DNA from: an uncultured Prevotellaceae bacterium
GTDB taxonomy: Bacteria; Bacteroidota; Bacteroidia; Bacteroidales; Bacteroidaceae
NCBI GenBank assembly: GCA_946407895.1
Contig: CAMJQA010000002.1
Span: 41,878 to 105,877 of the forward strand
DNA: 64,000 bases
Direction of reading: 5' to 3'
Part shown: positions 45,502 through 54,498 of the stretch, piece after piece
How positions within the stretch are numbered: the first letter of the stretch is position 1
Layout: each line of letters begins with the position of its first letter
Notes under the pieces: model-generated
What the model was told of the DNA's origin: nothing
The model's database searches: none
What the model saw: only the letters and a program-made list of their open reading frames with translations
Program-made: the position numbers and the translations under genes

Positions 45502-46602
45502 ATGAAAATTCCATTCCTGAAGCGAATAGACACCTATCTGATAGCCAAGTTCCTGGGGACATATTTCTTCTCCATCATCTTGATTATCAGTATTGCCGTT
45601 GTATTTGACTTTAACGAGAATGTTGACAGCTTCACCACAAACCATGCCACTACTCGCGGCATTTTCATGTACTACCTCAACTTCATTCCCTACTACACAA
45701 ACCTGTTCAGCGCACTGTTTGTCTTCATCAGCGTCATTTTCTTTACCAGCAAGATGGCCGACAATAGCGAGTTCATAGCTATGATAAGCACCGGCATGAG
45801 CTTTGCCCGCCTGATGCGGCCCTACATGATCAGTGCTGCTATCATTGCAGCTATGTCCTTCTGGCTGGGTGCCGACGTTATTCCGCAGGGCAGCGTTAAA
45901 CGACTGGCTTTTGAGAATCAGTATAAGAAGAAAAAGAAGAATCCCACCTATGCCGATAACGTGCAGCTTCAGGTTGATACGGGGGTCATAGCTTTCATGG
46001 AACACTTCGACGGCATCAGCAAGACGGGCACCCATTTCTCGTTAGACAAATTCGAGAACAAGAAGCTTGTATCTCACCTCACAGCCGTCACCGTAATATA
46101 TGATACGCTCAGCGATGTACGCTATCACTGGCGCCTGCGTAATGTAACCATACGCGAGCTGCGCGGTATGCGCGAACAGATTGCCTATCACAGCACCATG
46201 GACTCGGTGATTATAATGGAACCGCGCGATTTCCTGTTCATCCGTAACCAGCAGGAAACTATGACAAATGCCGAGTTACGAGATTATATTGAAAAGCAGA
46301 AGATTCGTGGCAGCGCCAATCTGAAGACTTTTGAAGTGGAATACTACAAACGCTTTGCCTCTCCCTTTGCGGCATTCATCCTGTCAGCCATAGGCGTATC
46401 CATCTCTTCCAGGAAGCGTAAGGGCGGAATGGGTATGGCGCTTGGCATCGGACTGGCCCTGAGTGCCAGTTACATTCTGCTGCAGAGCATCTCGGCTACG
46501 TTCAGCATAAATGCCGGCCTGCATCCGGCTTTGGCAGCATGGTTGCCCAATATATTATTCATGTTCATAACCATTTACCTCTACAGGAAGGCTCCAAGAT
46601 AG
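45502..46602 (+). CDS. LptF/LptG family permease
   Basis: 366 aa in a 3+3 TM arrangement around a periplasmic beta-jellyroll-like insert. The tgt-lptF/G adjacency is conserved in Bacteroidetes. Confidence 0.75.
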   Translation: MKIPFLKRIDTYLIAKFLGTYFFSIILIISIAVVFDFNENVDSFTTNHATTRGIFMYYLNFIPYYTNLFSALFVFISVIFFTSKMADNSEFIAMISTGMSFARLMRPYMISAAIIAAMSFWLGADVIPQGSVKRLAFENQYKKKKKNPTYADNVQLQVDTGVIAFMEHFDGISKTGTHFSLDKFENKKLVSHLTAVTVIYDTLSDVRYHWRLRNVTIRELRGMREQIAYHSTMDSVIIMEPRDFLFIRNQQETMTNAELRDYIEKQKIRGSANLKTFEVEYYKRFASPFAAFILSAIGVSISSRKRKGGMGMALGIGLALSASYILLQSISATFSINAGLHPALAAWLPNILFMFITIYLYRKAPR

Positions 46603-46640
46603 AACATCAACTAATTACAAATATATCCGTAACTCTGATT

Positions 46641-47891
46641 ATGACACTTCGCTTAATGAAGAATAAACACATTCTGAGCCGTGCAGCAATAGCCGTTGTT
46701 GTGGTGCTGTTGATGTGGCCGGCCAAGGCTGCGGCATGTACGTCATTCATCGTTTCGGGCAAGGTCACACCAGATGGACGCCCCCTCATCTTTAAGAACC
46801 GCGACACTGGGGCTTGGGACAACGTGGCCGTTCTCGTACAGGGCGAACGATACCGCTACATAGGCATTGTCGGAGCAAAAGACTTGCGGCCCAATGAAGT
46901 CTGGGGCGGTCATAACGAGGCTGGTTTTGCCATCATGAACACAGCAGCCTACAACCTGAATGGGTGCAAGTCGGAGGATGCCGACAATGACGGTGTTGTA
47001 ATGCGCCGAGCCCTGGAGGTCTGTAGCACCCTGCAGGACTTTGAGAACCTGCTCGATACTTTGCCCAAGCCATTGGGCGTAAACTCCAACTATGGCGTGC
47101 TGGACGCCCAGGGCGGATGTGCTTACTATGAGACCGGCGACAATGGCTTCGTGAAATTTGATGCCAATAACCCCCAGGATGCGCCCGATGGCTATATCGT
47201 ACGCACTAACCACGGGCTTTCGGGCTGCCGCGATATCGATCAGGGCGTAGAGCGCTATATGGCTATCAGCGACTTTATGGCACAGGCCTGCCGAGGCAAG
47301 AACCTGGAATGCCAGTACCTGCTGACCCAGGTGCCGAGGCACCTTACGCACGGGCTTACGAAGATAAGCCTCTATGACCTGATGCCACGCGATGAGCAGG
47401 ATACTATGCTATTCCCCTTTATTGATTTCATTCCCCGGTTCATCACAGCGTCGATGATTATGGTGCAGGGTGTTCAGGAGGGCGAAGAACCCTCGAATAC
47501 CATCAGCTGGACCAGTATAGGCTGGCCTGTGGCTTCCGTTGCAATACCGCTGATGATACAGGGCAATGCCGAACTGCCCAAAGTGGTTGCTCGTGGCGAA
47601 GACGGCAGGGCGTGGCTCAGCGTGCGGGCCATGGAGCAGAGGCTGCATGTATTCAGCCTGCGCCGCGGAAACAAGCGCGACTACATCGACATAGCCAGGC
47701 TTATTAACCAGAAGGGCACTGGCATAGCCCAGCGTATCGTCCCCATTGAGGCCCAGGTGCTGAAGCGCGGCAATGCGGTGATAAAGAAAGTGAGGAAGGG
47801 TAAGGCACAAGAAGCAGAGCAGCGCCTGAGGGAATACTACGCATGGGTTGACGAATACCTTATGAAGGAGTACCCTACTGCCAATAATTAA
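46641..47891 (+). CDS. Ntn-hydrolase, C45/isopenicillin-N N-acyltransferase-like (N-terminal Cys nucleophile)
   Basis: The signal peptide ends AKAAA-CTSFIV, exposing the Cys; FKNRD is also present. ATG 46641 was chosen. The ORF N-extension overlaps the lptF/G gene. Confidence 0.55.
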   Translation: MTLRLMKNKHILSRAAIAVVVVLLMWPAKAAACTSFIVSGKVTPDGRPLIFKNRDTGAWDNVAVLVQGERYRYIGIVGAKDLRPNEVWGGHNEAGFAIMNTAAYNLNGCKSEDADNDGVVMRRALEVCSTLQDFENLLDTLPKPLGVNSNYGVLDAQGGCAYYETGDNGFVKFDANNPQDAPDGYIVRTNHGLSGCRDIDQGVERYMAISDFMAQACRGKNLECQYLLTQVPRHLTHGLTKISLYDLMPRDEQDTMLFPFIDFIPRFITASMIMVQGVQEGEEPSNTISWTSIGWPVASVAIPLMIQGNAELPKVVARGEDGRAWLSVRAMEQRLHVFSLRRGNKRDYIDIARLINQKGTGIAQRIVPIEAQVLKRGNAVIKKVRKGKAQEAEQRLREYYAWVDEYLMKEYPTANN

Positions 47892-47910
47892 TATATACTA
47901 TAATTGTGTA

Positions 47911-49422
47911 ATGGATTTCTACGATTTAGACCTCAACGATCTGGTGCTGGATGCGCTGGATGACATGAACTTCACAGAGACCACTCCCATCCAGGAGTAT
48001 GCCATACCGCCCATTCTTGAGGGGCGCGATGTTATGGGCATAGCCCAGACGGGTACGGGAAAGACTGCAGCCTACCTGCTGCCCATCCTGAGCCTGCTGC
48101 AAGACGGCGGTTTCCCCAAGGATGCCATCAATTGTATTGTCATGTCGCCCACACGCGAACTGGCCCAACAGATAGACCAGGCCATGCAAGGCTTCTCGTA
48201 CTACCTGAACGGCGTCAGCAGTGTTGCCGTGTATGGCGGAAATGACGGTGTGCGCTATGAACAGGAGAAGCGGGGCATGCAAAAGGGTGCCGACGTCATA
48301 ATAGCCACGCCGGGCAGGCTCATCAGCCATCTCAGCCTGGGTAATGTTGATCTGGGCCGCGTCAGCTTCTTCGTTCTCGACGAAGCCGACCGCATGCTTG
48401 ATATGGGCTTCTATGATGACATCATCCAGATTGCCAAGTATCTGCCAAAAGAGCGGCAGACCATCATGTTCAGCGCCACTATGCCCGACAAGATACTCGA
48501 GCTGGCTCACTCCATCCTGAATGACCCCGTTGAGGTTAAGCTTGCGGTAAGCAAGCCTGCCGACGGCATACGCCAGTCGGCCTATATCTGCTACGAGGCA
48601 CAGAAGCTTGACATCGTGAAGCGCATGTTCCGCGACGAGAGGCCGCAGCGCGTAATCATATTCACCAGCAGCAAGATAAAGACCCGCGACCTGGCCATCA
48701 GCCTCTCGCGCTCGGGTTTCAACACAAGGGCCATGCACAGCGACCTCTCGCAAGCCGAGCGCGACGAGGTTATGTATCTCTTCCGCAGCAACCAGATCGA
48801 CATCTTGGTGGCTACTGATATTGTGGCTCGCGGTATAGATATTGACGACATCCAGATTGTCATCAATTACGACGTGCCGCATGACGAGGAGGACTATGTG
48901 CACCGTATTGGGCGTACGGCCCGGGCCGGTAAGGGAGGCCGCGCCGTTACCCTCGTCAGCGAAAAGGACCAGCCTGCCTTCCGCCAGATAGAGCGCTTCC
49001 TGGAGAAAGAGGTTGAGAAGACACCCCTGCCCGATGAACTCGGCGAGGGCCCGGCTTATTCGGCTAAGGGCGGTGCCGCCCGGAGCGGTTCCCGCAGGGG
49101 CGGAAAAGGCGGAAAGGTCAGAAGGCGCAGTTCAGGCCGCCGCCAAGGCTCAGCCAGGCAGCATGCCGACGGTAAGAAGCAAGAGGCAAAGAAGCAAGAG
49201 CCCAAGAACCAGGATTCAAAGAAACAAGAATCAAAGAAGCAGGAGGCTAAACAGCAGGAGGCTAAACAGCAGGAGGCTAAACAACAGGAGGCTAAACGAC
49301 AGGAACCTGCCCCGGCAAATGCCAATAGCCAGCAGGGCCCCGGGCAAGCCGGGAAGAAGAGGCAGCGCCGCCGCAGGGGCAGCCGCCGCAGCAGCAACTC
49401 AGACGGAGGCGAAGCCAGCTGA
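47911..49422 (+). CDS. DEAD-box ATP-dependent RNA helicase with basic repetitive C-terminal tail
   Basis: Motifs are AQTGTGKT, DEAD, SAT and HRIGRTAR. The tail is KKQEAKKQEPKNQDSKKQESKKQEAKQQEAKQQEAKQQEAKRQE plus an RR-rich end. Confidence 0.9.
   Translation: MDFYDLDLNDLVLDALDDMNFTETTPIQEYAIPPILEGRDVMGIAQTGTGKTAAYLLPILSLLQDGGFPKDAINCIVMSPTRELAQQIDQAMQGFSYYLNGVSSVAVYGGNDGVRYEQEKRGMQKGADVIIATPGRLISHLSLGNVDLGRVSFFVLDEADRMLDMGFYDDIIQIAKYLPKERQTIMFSATMPDKILELAHSILNDPVEVKLAVSKPADGIRQSAYICYEAQKLDIVKRMFRDERPQRVIIFTSSKIKTRDLAISLSRSGFNTRAMHSDLSQAERDEVMYLFRSNQIDILVATDIVARGIDIDDIQIVINYDVPHDEEDYVHRIGRTARAGKGGRAVTLVSEKDQPAFRQIERFLEKEVEKTPLPDELGEGPAYSAKGGAARSGSRRGGKGGKVRRRSSGRRQGSARQHADGKKQEAKKQEPKNQDSKKQESKKQEAKQQEAKQQEAKQQEAKRQEPAPANANSQQGPGQAGKKRQRRRRGSRRSSNSDGGEAS
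49239..49298. repeat. 4 x 15-bp in-frame tandem repeat GCAGGAGGCTAAACA inside the helicase tail
   Basis: Units lie at 49239, 49254, 49269 and 49284 (the last has 2 changes). They encode (Q)QEAK repeats. Confidence 0.9.
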
Positions 49423-50220
49423 GGCGTTGAAGGCCTCGTCCTGCCGTTTCCGCCCGTCCTCCCGAGCCAAGATGCTGCCCCAGAGCAGGCAGTGCCAGAA
49501 GGAGTAGATGAGGTGGCAAAGCAGGAATACGAAGGTGTAGATGGCATAGGCCATGAACACCACTACTGGGAATAATACGGGCAGGTCTATGGCATCGCCC
49601 ATGGCATGGGCCTGCATAGCCTGCTGTCCTACGGCCGAGATGGCAAGCAGGGGCATGGAGCCCAGCAGCATGCCTATGCCTACAAAAATTATACCCACAA
49701 TCTCGAATACGAAGAGGGTGCCGTAATGGCGGTATCCCACGCCGAAGCCCCTCAGGCACTCCGCCAGGGGCTTGCGCGTATAGGACAGCTCCATGGCGCA
49801 TACCTCAACGGGCAGCAACAGCAGCAGCAGTGCAGCGCAGATGACCCAGTACCACCAGAAGCTGAGCCCCATGCGTATGACGGCATAGGCCGCCCCGCCG
49901 AATAACAGGCACACCACTATGCCCAGCACGAGCAGCCAGGCATTGCGCCCCGTGCGGTAGAGTATGTCGCGCCGCAGCGAGCTGGCTGTGGCATTCGGCA
50001 CGTAGCCAAGCTCCGTCCATCGGCAGAGCAGGGCATCCACCTGGCCCTGGAAGAATAGAATGCTGGGCAGCGGCAGTATCAGCGTCAGGAGCATCGAGGG
50101 CCACGCATAGCGAAGCAGCAGGCCTATGTTGTTCATAGCCGTCTGCCACCCCAGGGAAAGACAACTCAAGTACGAACGTTCTTGCCGAACAGTTATCTGG
50201 CTTATATCCTGTGTTTCCAT
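49399..50220 (-). CDS. multi-pass membrane protein, hypothetical
   Basis: 273 aa with about 6 hydrophobic segments and an ATG start at 50220. The 3' end overlaps the helicase 3' end by 24 bp (convergent). Confidence 0.55.
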   Translation of the reverse strand: METQDISQITVRQERSYLSCLSLGWQTAMNNIGLLLRYAWPSMLLTLILPLPSILFFQGQVDALLCRWTELGYVPNATASSLRRDILYRTGRNAWLLVLGIVVCLLFGGAAYAVIRMGLSFWWYWVICAALLLLLLPVEVCAMELSYTRKPLAECLRGFGVGYRHYGTLFVFEIVGIIFVGIGMLLGSMPLLAISAVGQQAMQAHAMGDAIDLPVLFPVVVFMAYAIYTFVFLLCHLIYSFWHCLLWGSILAREDGRKRQDEAFNASAGFASV

Positions 50221-50290
50221 ATCATCCGTTACATTTACGTGTGCAAAGTTACAAATAAGCGTGGTAATGACAAAATAAAATCCGTTTTAA

Positions 50291-50321
50291 TTTGTATTCT
50301 CCCCGCTTCTTCGTACATTTG
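50291..50321 (+). promoter_or_regulatory. Bacteroidetes sigma-A type promoter
   Basis: TTTG (50291-50294), a 19-bp spacer, then TACATTTG (50314-50321). It lies 45 bp before ATG 50366. Confidence 0.5.
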
Positions 50322-50365
50322 CAGACGAATTCATACCACACATTAAGTTTATATCCCAGATAAGA

Positions 50366-51355
50366 ATGAACTACGCGAAGCAAATCAGATGGGGCTTCAT
50401 CGGCTGTGGCGAGGTGACGGAGAAGAAGAGCGGGCCCGCCTTCAACCTGGTGCCGGGGTCGGTAGTATATGCCGTAATGAGCCGCAGCCGCGAGAAGGCC
50501 GAGTCATACGCCCGCAGGCACGGCATAGAGCGCTGGTACACCGATGCACAGCAGCTCGTCGACGACCCGCAGGTGAATGCCGTATACATAGCCACACCGC
50601 CCTCGTCGCATGCCACCTACGCCATTATGGCCATGAAGGCCGGCAAGCCTGTCTATGTTGAGAAGCCCCTGGCAAGCAGCTACCTCGACTGCCAGCGCAT
50701 CAACCGCGTGAGCGAACAGACCCGCGTGCCCTGCTTCGTGGCCTACTACCGGCGCTACCTGCCCTACTTCCAGCGGGTGAGGCAGCTGGTGCAGCAGGGG
50801 GCCATAGGGCGCGTCATCAACGTGCAGGTGCGCTTTGCCGTGCCCCCGCGCGACCTCGACTACAACAGTACCAACCTGCCCTGGCGTGTGCAGAGGGACA
50901 TTGCCGGAGGCGGATATTTCTACGACCTGGCACCACATCAGATAGACCTCCTGCAGCAGATATTCGGACCCATCGTCAGGGCCAAGGGCTACAGCACCAA
51001 CCGCGGAGGCCTGTATCAGACGGAGGACAGCGTGAGCGCAAGCTTCCAGTTCCACGACGGGCTGCCCGGCAGCGGATCGTGGTGCTTTGTTAGTCACGAC
51101 AGCGCCCGGAATGACCGCATAGAGCTCATCGGCGACCAGGGGCTGCTGTGCTTCTCCGTCTTCACCTACGACCCCATTCTCCTCCACACTCGCCACGGGT
51201 TGCAGGAATTCACCGTAGAGAATCCGCCCCACGTGCAGATGCCCCTCATAGAGCAGGTCGTACACCACCTGCAGGGCACGGGCGCCTGCACCGCCGACAG
51301 CACCAGCGCCACGGGGGTGAACTGGGTTATGGACCGCATTCTTGGGAAAATTTGA
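50366..51355 (+). CDS. Gfo/Idh/MocA family oxidoreductase (cytoplasmic)
   Basis: The Rossmann N-terminus is IRWGFIGCGEV. EKP (YVEKPLA) is present. 329 aa with no signal peptide. Confidence 0.8.
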   Translation: MNYAKQIRWGFIGCGEVTEKKSGPAFNLVPGSVVYAVMSRSREKAESYARRHGIERWYTDAQQLVDDPQVNAVYIATPPSSHATYAIMAMKAGKPVYVEKPLASSYLDCQRINRVSEQTRVPCFVAYYRRYLPYFQRVRQLVQQGAIGRVINVQVRFAVPPRDLDYNSTNLPWRVQRDIAGGGYFYDLAPHQIDLLQQIFGPIVRAKGYSTNRGGLYQTEDSVSASFQFHDGLPGSGSWCFVSHDSARNDRIELIGDQGLLCFSVFTYDPILLHTRHGLQEFTVENPPHVQMPLIEQVVHHLQGTGACTADSTSATGVNWVMDRILGKI

Positions 51356-51357
51356 AA

Positions 51358-51393
51358 CATTTACCATTTAACCATTTACGATTTACCATTTAA
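51358..51393. repeat. about 4.5 x 8-bp repeat (C)ATTTA(A)CC
   Basis: The sequence reads catttacc atttaacc atttacg atttacc atttaa and starts 3 bp after the stop. Confidence 0.8.
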
Positions 51394-51462
51394 TTTTAAA
51401 CTTTGCGCTCGGCGAGCATAGCGAGACGCTTGCTACCGCGCTCGGCTCTGCCGCTTACTACT

Positions 51463-51498
51463 GAAAGGACGCAAGAAAGGACGCAAGAAAGGACGCAA
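51463..51498. repeat. 3 x 12-bp perfect tandem repeat GAAAGGACGCAA
   Basis: Units lie at 51463, 51475 and 51487. Read directly. Confidence 0.95.
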
Positions 51499-51527
51499 GT
51501 TACGGCTCTGCCGCTTCGCTTGTCGAA

Positions 51528-51579
51528 GAACTTTAAACTTTTGAACTTTAAACTTTTGAACTTTAAACTTTGAACTTTT
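51528..51579. repeat. about 3.5 x 15-bp tandem repeat GAACTTTAAACTTTT abutting the next start codon
   Basis: Units lie at 51528, 51543 and 51558, with a partial unit at 51572. The ATG at 51580 follows immediately. Confidence 0.95.
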
Positions 51580-52287
51580 ATGTCCCCTACCGACCTGTTT
51601 ATAGATTTTGACGACACGCTCTACGACACGCACGGCAATGCCGAAATAGCCCTGCTGGAAGTATTCAATCACTTCGGGCTCCACCGCTACTTCCCCAGCC
51701 TGGAGGACTTCACTCTGCCCTACTGGCGCACCAACCTGCAACTCTGGTCTAGCTACTCTCAGGGCGCCATCACTCGCGACTACCTCATACTGGAGCGCTT
51801 CCGCCAGCCCCTGTCGCTGGGCCGGGGGCTCAACCCCACCGCCGAATACTGCCTCCAGGTGAGCGACTACTTCCTGGCCCGATGTGCCGTAAAGCCCGGC
51901 GTGGTCGAGGGGGCCCACGACCTGATGGACTACCTCATGCGGCGCGGCTACCGCCTGCACATGTGCAGCAACGGCTTCCACGAGGTGCAGTATAGCAAGC
52001 TGCGCGCATCGGGGCTTATGGACTACTTCAACACCATCATCCTTTCGGAAGATGCGGGGGCCAACAAGCCCAGCGCCGCCTTCTTCGACTACGCCTTCCA
52101 GCAGACGAAGGCCAAGAAGGAAACAACCGTGATGATCGGCGACAACTTCGTCACAGATATCCAGGGCGCTCATGCGGCAGGGCTCAGGACCATATTCCTG
52201 AACCGTGCCCAGCCCGACTTTGTACCGCCCTCCGGGATAGCCGACCATACCGTCTTTCATCTCCGGGAAATAAAGGAAATTCTGTGA
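51580..52287 (+). CDS. HAD-IA hydrolase, YjjG-like noncanonical pyrimidine nucleotidase
   Basis: Motif I is [10 protein letters not shown]. Also present are SNG, K and [15 protein letters not shown] (motif IV). Confidence 0.75.
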   Translation: MSPTDLFIDFDDTLYDTHGNAEIALLEVFNHFGLHRYFPSLEDFTLPYWRTNLQLWSSYSQGAITRDYLILERFRQPLSLGRGLNPTAEYCLQVSDYFLARCAVKPGVVEGAHDLMDYLMRRGYRLHMCSNGFHEVQYSKLRASGLMDYFNTIILSEDAGANKPSAAFFDYAFQQTKAKKETTVMIGDNFVTDIQGAHAAGLRTIFLNRAQPDFVPPSGIADHTVFHLREIKEIL

Positions 52288-52488
52288 GATATTAAACTTT
52301 CGGGAGTTAAAGGGGAAGTTAAAATGGACATATCTCTAAAATTTCCCTATAATTTCTCTATAAAAGGTTATATACTTGCCATAGGGAACTCATAATCGGG
52401 GCATATATACCTAAAATACTCCCAGGTATCTGCCCCAATATATGTACGTTTCAACTACGTTTGATATACATTTGTTGTACGTTCATTA

Positions 52489-52534
52489 ATCGAACAACAA
52501 TCGAACATCAATCGAACAACAAACGGACATCAAT
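52489..52534. repeat. 4 x 11-bp tandem repeat ATCGAACA(A/T)CA
   Basis: Units lie at 52489, 52500, 52511 and 52522 (the last is degenerate: AACGGACATCA). Confidence 0.9.
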
Positions 52535-52577
52535 AGGAGGAAAGAGGGAGGAAGAACTGCGCTGATATAGGGTTGTT

Positions 52578-52636
52578 ATAGAGGAGACATAGAGGAGACA
52601 TAGAGAATACATAGAGAATACATAGAGAATACATAG
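52578..52636. repeat. 5.4 x 11-bp tandem repeat ATAGAGGAGAC (x2) / ATAGAGAATAC (x3)
   Basis: Units lie at 52578, 52589, 52600, 52611 and 52622, with a partial ATAG. The array ends 17 bp from the miaA stop. Confidence 0.95.
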
Positions 52637-52652
52637 CCTTCACGAACTTCAG

Positions 52653-53549
52653 TTACTGGGGCCGGATAAGCCTCATCACCTGCTCCACCTTGTCCTCCAG
52701 CGGCAGGGCGGCATCAATCCAGTGTATGGGCGTTCCGCGGCGCTCCATGCCCCGGAACCAGGTCATCTGGCGCTTGGCAAACTGGTGGATGGCCGTCTCC
52801 AGCTGGCTCAGCATCTCGTCGTAGGAGAGCCGGCCCGTGCAGTAGAGCGTAAGGTACTTGTATTCGAGCCCGTAATAGATGAGGTCTTCGGGCGCCAGGT
52901 GCTCCAGCAGGCGACGCACCTCGCCCACCATGTCCTGCTGCTCCAGCCGGTGGTGCAGGCGCTCGGTGATGCGCCTGCGCCTCAGCTCGCGGTCGATGTG
53001 GAGCCCGACGGTCAGGCTCTCCAGTCGCGGCACCTCGCGCTCGGGGATGTGGTGTTCCAGGTAGTACTGCTGAATCTCTATGGCCCGTATGGCCCGCTTG
53101 GGCGTATCAACATCGGTGGTGTTGTGCAGCGTCTTCATCGAGGCCAGTATTTCCGTCAGCTCGCCGAGGCTCTTGCCCTCGAGGCTCTGCCTCAGCGCGT
53201 GGTTCTCCGGCACGGGGACCATGCGGTACCCCTTCAGCACCGATTCGATATAGAGCCCCGTGCCTCCGCACATGATGGGCTTATGCCCCCGGGCCACTAC
53301 GTCGCCGTAGGCCTGCCAGAAGTCTTGCTGATACTGAAACAGGTTGCGCCTCTCGCCCGCCGGTGCTATGTCAATAAGGTGGTATGGTATCTGCCTGCCG
53401 CCTACGATATAGTCGGCCAGGTCCTTGCCCGTGCCAATGTCCATGCCCCTGTAGAGCTGCCGGCTGTCGGCGCTCAGTATCTCGGCGTTGCCCAGGCGTG
53501 CTGCCACATGAGCTGCCAGGGTTGTCTTGCCCGAGGCAGTAGGGCCCAA
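52653..53549 (-). CDS. miaA: tRNA dimethylallyltransferase
   Basis: Motifs are GPTASGKT (P-loop) and DSRQLYRGMDIGT. The listed start is TTG at 53549. The conserved beta-1 coding sequence (NYQLLTIL) continues in frame upstream without any ATG/GTG/TTG, so the true start is uncertain (see findings). Confidence 0.85.
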   Translation of the reverse strand: MGPTASGKTTLAAHVAARLGNAEILSADSRQLYRGMDIGTGKDLADYIVGGRQIPYHLIDIAPAGERRNLFQYQQDFWQAYGDVVARGHKPIMCGGTGLYIESVLKGYRMVPVPENHALRQSLEGKSLGELTEILASMKTLHNTTDVDTPKRAIRAIEIQQYYLEHHIPEREVPRLESLTVGLHIDRELRRRRITERLHHRLEQQDMVGEVRRLLEHLAPEDLIYYGLEYKYLTLYCTGRLSYDEMLSQLETAIHQFAKRQMTWFRGMERRGTPIHWIDAALPLEDKVEQVMRLIRPQ

Positions 53550-53679
53550 TATGGTTAATAATTGATAGTTGATAATTGAATATTAAATATATTTTGTAAT
53601 GTTCAGCTCATCTGCTTCCCTATAACCTATAACAGACAATGCAATACCCTATACCCTAAGAACCTGTAACCGCTTCCCG

Positions 53680-54498
53680 CTAATAGCGTTCGTTCTCGTT
53701 GGGAAAGTCGCCGCTCTTGACGTCGGTGATATACTGTCCCACGGCATCGGTAATGGAGGTGAACAGATCGGCATATCGGCGTAGGAACTTTGGCGAGAAG
53801 CCCTTGTTCATGCCCAGCATGTCGTGAACCACCAGTACCTGTCCGTCTGCCGGACCGCCTCCGATGCCGATGACGGGTATGGAGAGCTGGCTGCACACCC
53901 GTGCCGTCAGGTCGGCGGGTATCTTCTCGAGCACTATGGCAAAGCAGCCTGCCTGCTCCAGTGCCTTGGCGTCGGACACCAACTTTTCAGCCTCGGCCTC
54001 CTCCTTGGCACGTACGGCATAGGTGCCGAACTTGTGGATGCTCTGAGGCGTAAGCCCCAGGTGGCCCATGACGGGGATTCCTGCATCGAGGATGAGCCTT
54101 ACGGCATCCAGTATCTCTACTCCCCCCTCCAGCTTCAGGGCATCCACCCCACTCTCCTGCATGATGCGTATGGCGTTCCTGACGGCCTCGGTGGGTTTTA
54201 CCTGGTAGGTGCCGAAGGGCATGTCGCATACAACCATGGCGCGCTTAACGCCCCGGGCCACGCTGCTGGCGTGGTATATCATCTGGTCTATGGTGATGGG
54301 CAGGGTGGTCAGGTTGCCAGCCATGACGTTGCTGGCGCTGTCGCCAACGAGGATGATGTCCATGCCGGCCTGGTCCACAATCTGGGCCATCGTGTAGTCG
54401 TAGGAGGTCAGCATAGCTATCTTGCGCCCCTGTTTCTTCATTTCTATAAGACGGTGCGTGGTGACCTTGCGCTCGTCTTCAACTAAATATGCTGCCAT
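53680..54498 (-). CDS. panB: 3-methyl-2-oxobutanoate hydroxymethyltransferase
   Basis: Motifs are MLTSYDY, LVGDSA and KLEGG. 272 aa. Confidence 0.95.
   Translation of the reverse strand: MAAYLVEDERKVTTHRLIEMKKQGRKIAMLTSYDYTMAQIVDQAGMDIILVGDSASNVMAGNLTTLPITIDQMIYHASSVARGVKRAMVVCDMPFGTYQVKPTEAVRNAIRIMQESGVDALKLEGGVEILDAVRLILDAGIPVMGHLGLTPQSIHKFGTYAVRAKEEAEAEKLVSDAKALEQAGCFAIVLEKIPADLTARVCSQLSIPVIGIGGGPADGQVLVVHDMLGMNKGFSPKFLRRYADLFTSITDAVGQYITDVKSGDFPNENERY

Noticed and set aside
51396-51617. Small ORFs across repeat spacers: 51396..51617 (KFKSLKFKSLKF...), 5132..5317, 5173..5484 and 37058..37288.
   Set aside because: Their peptide periodicity simply mirrors the DNA tandem repeats or the palindrome. 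They have no start context and overlap real genes or terminators.
51356-52652. Repeat-rich spacers considered as a replication origin or iteron cluster.
   Set aside because: There is no dnaA/rep gene and I found no DnaA-box-like 9-mers. The flanking genes are ordinary metabolic genes, and the different arrays have unrelated units.
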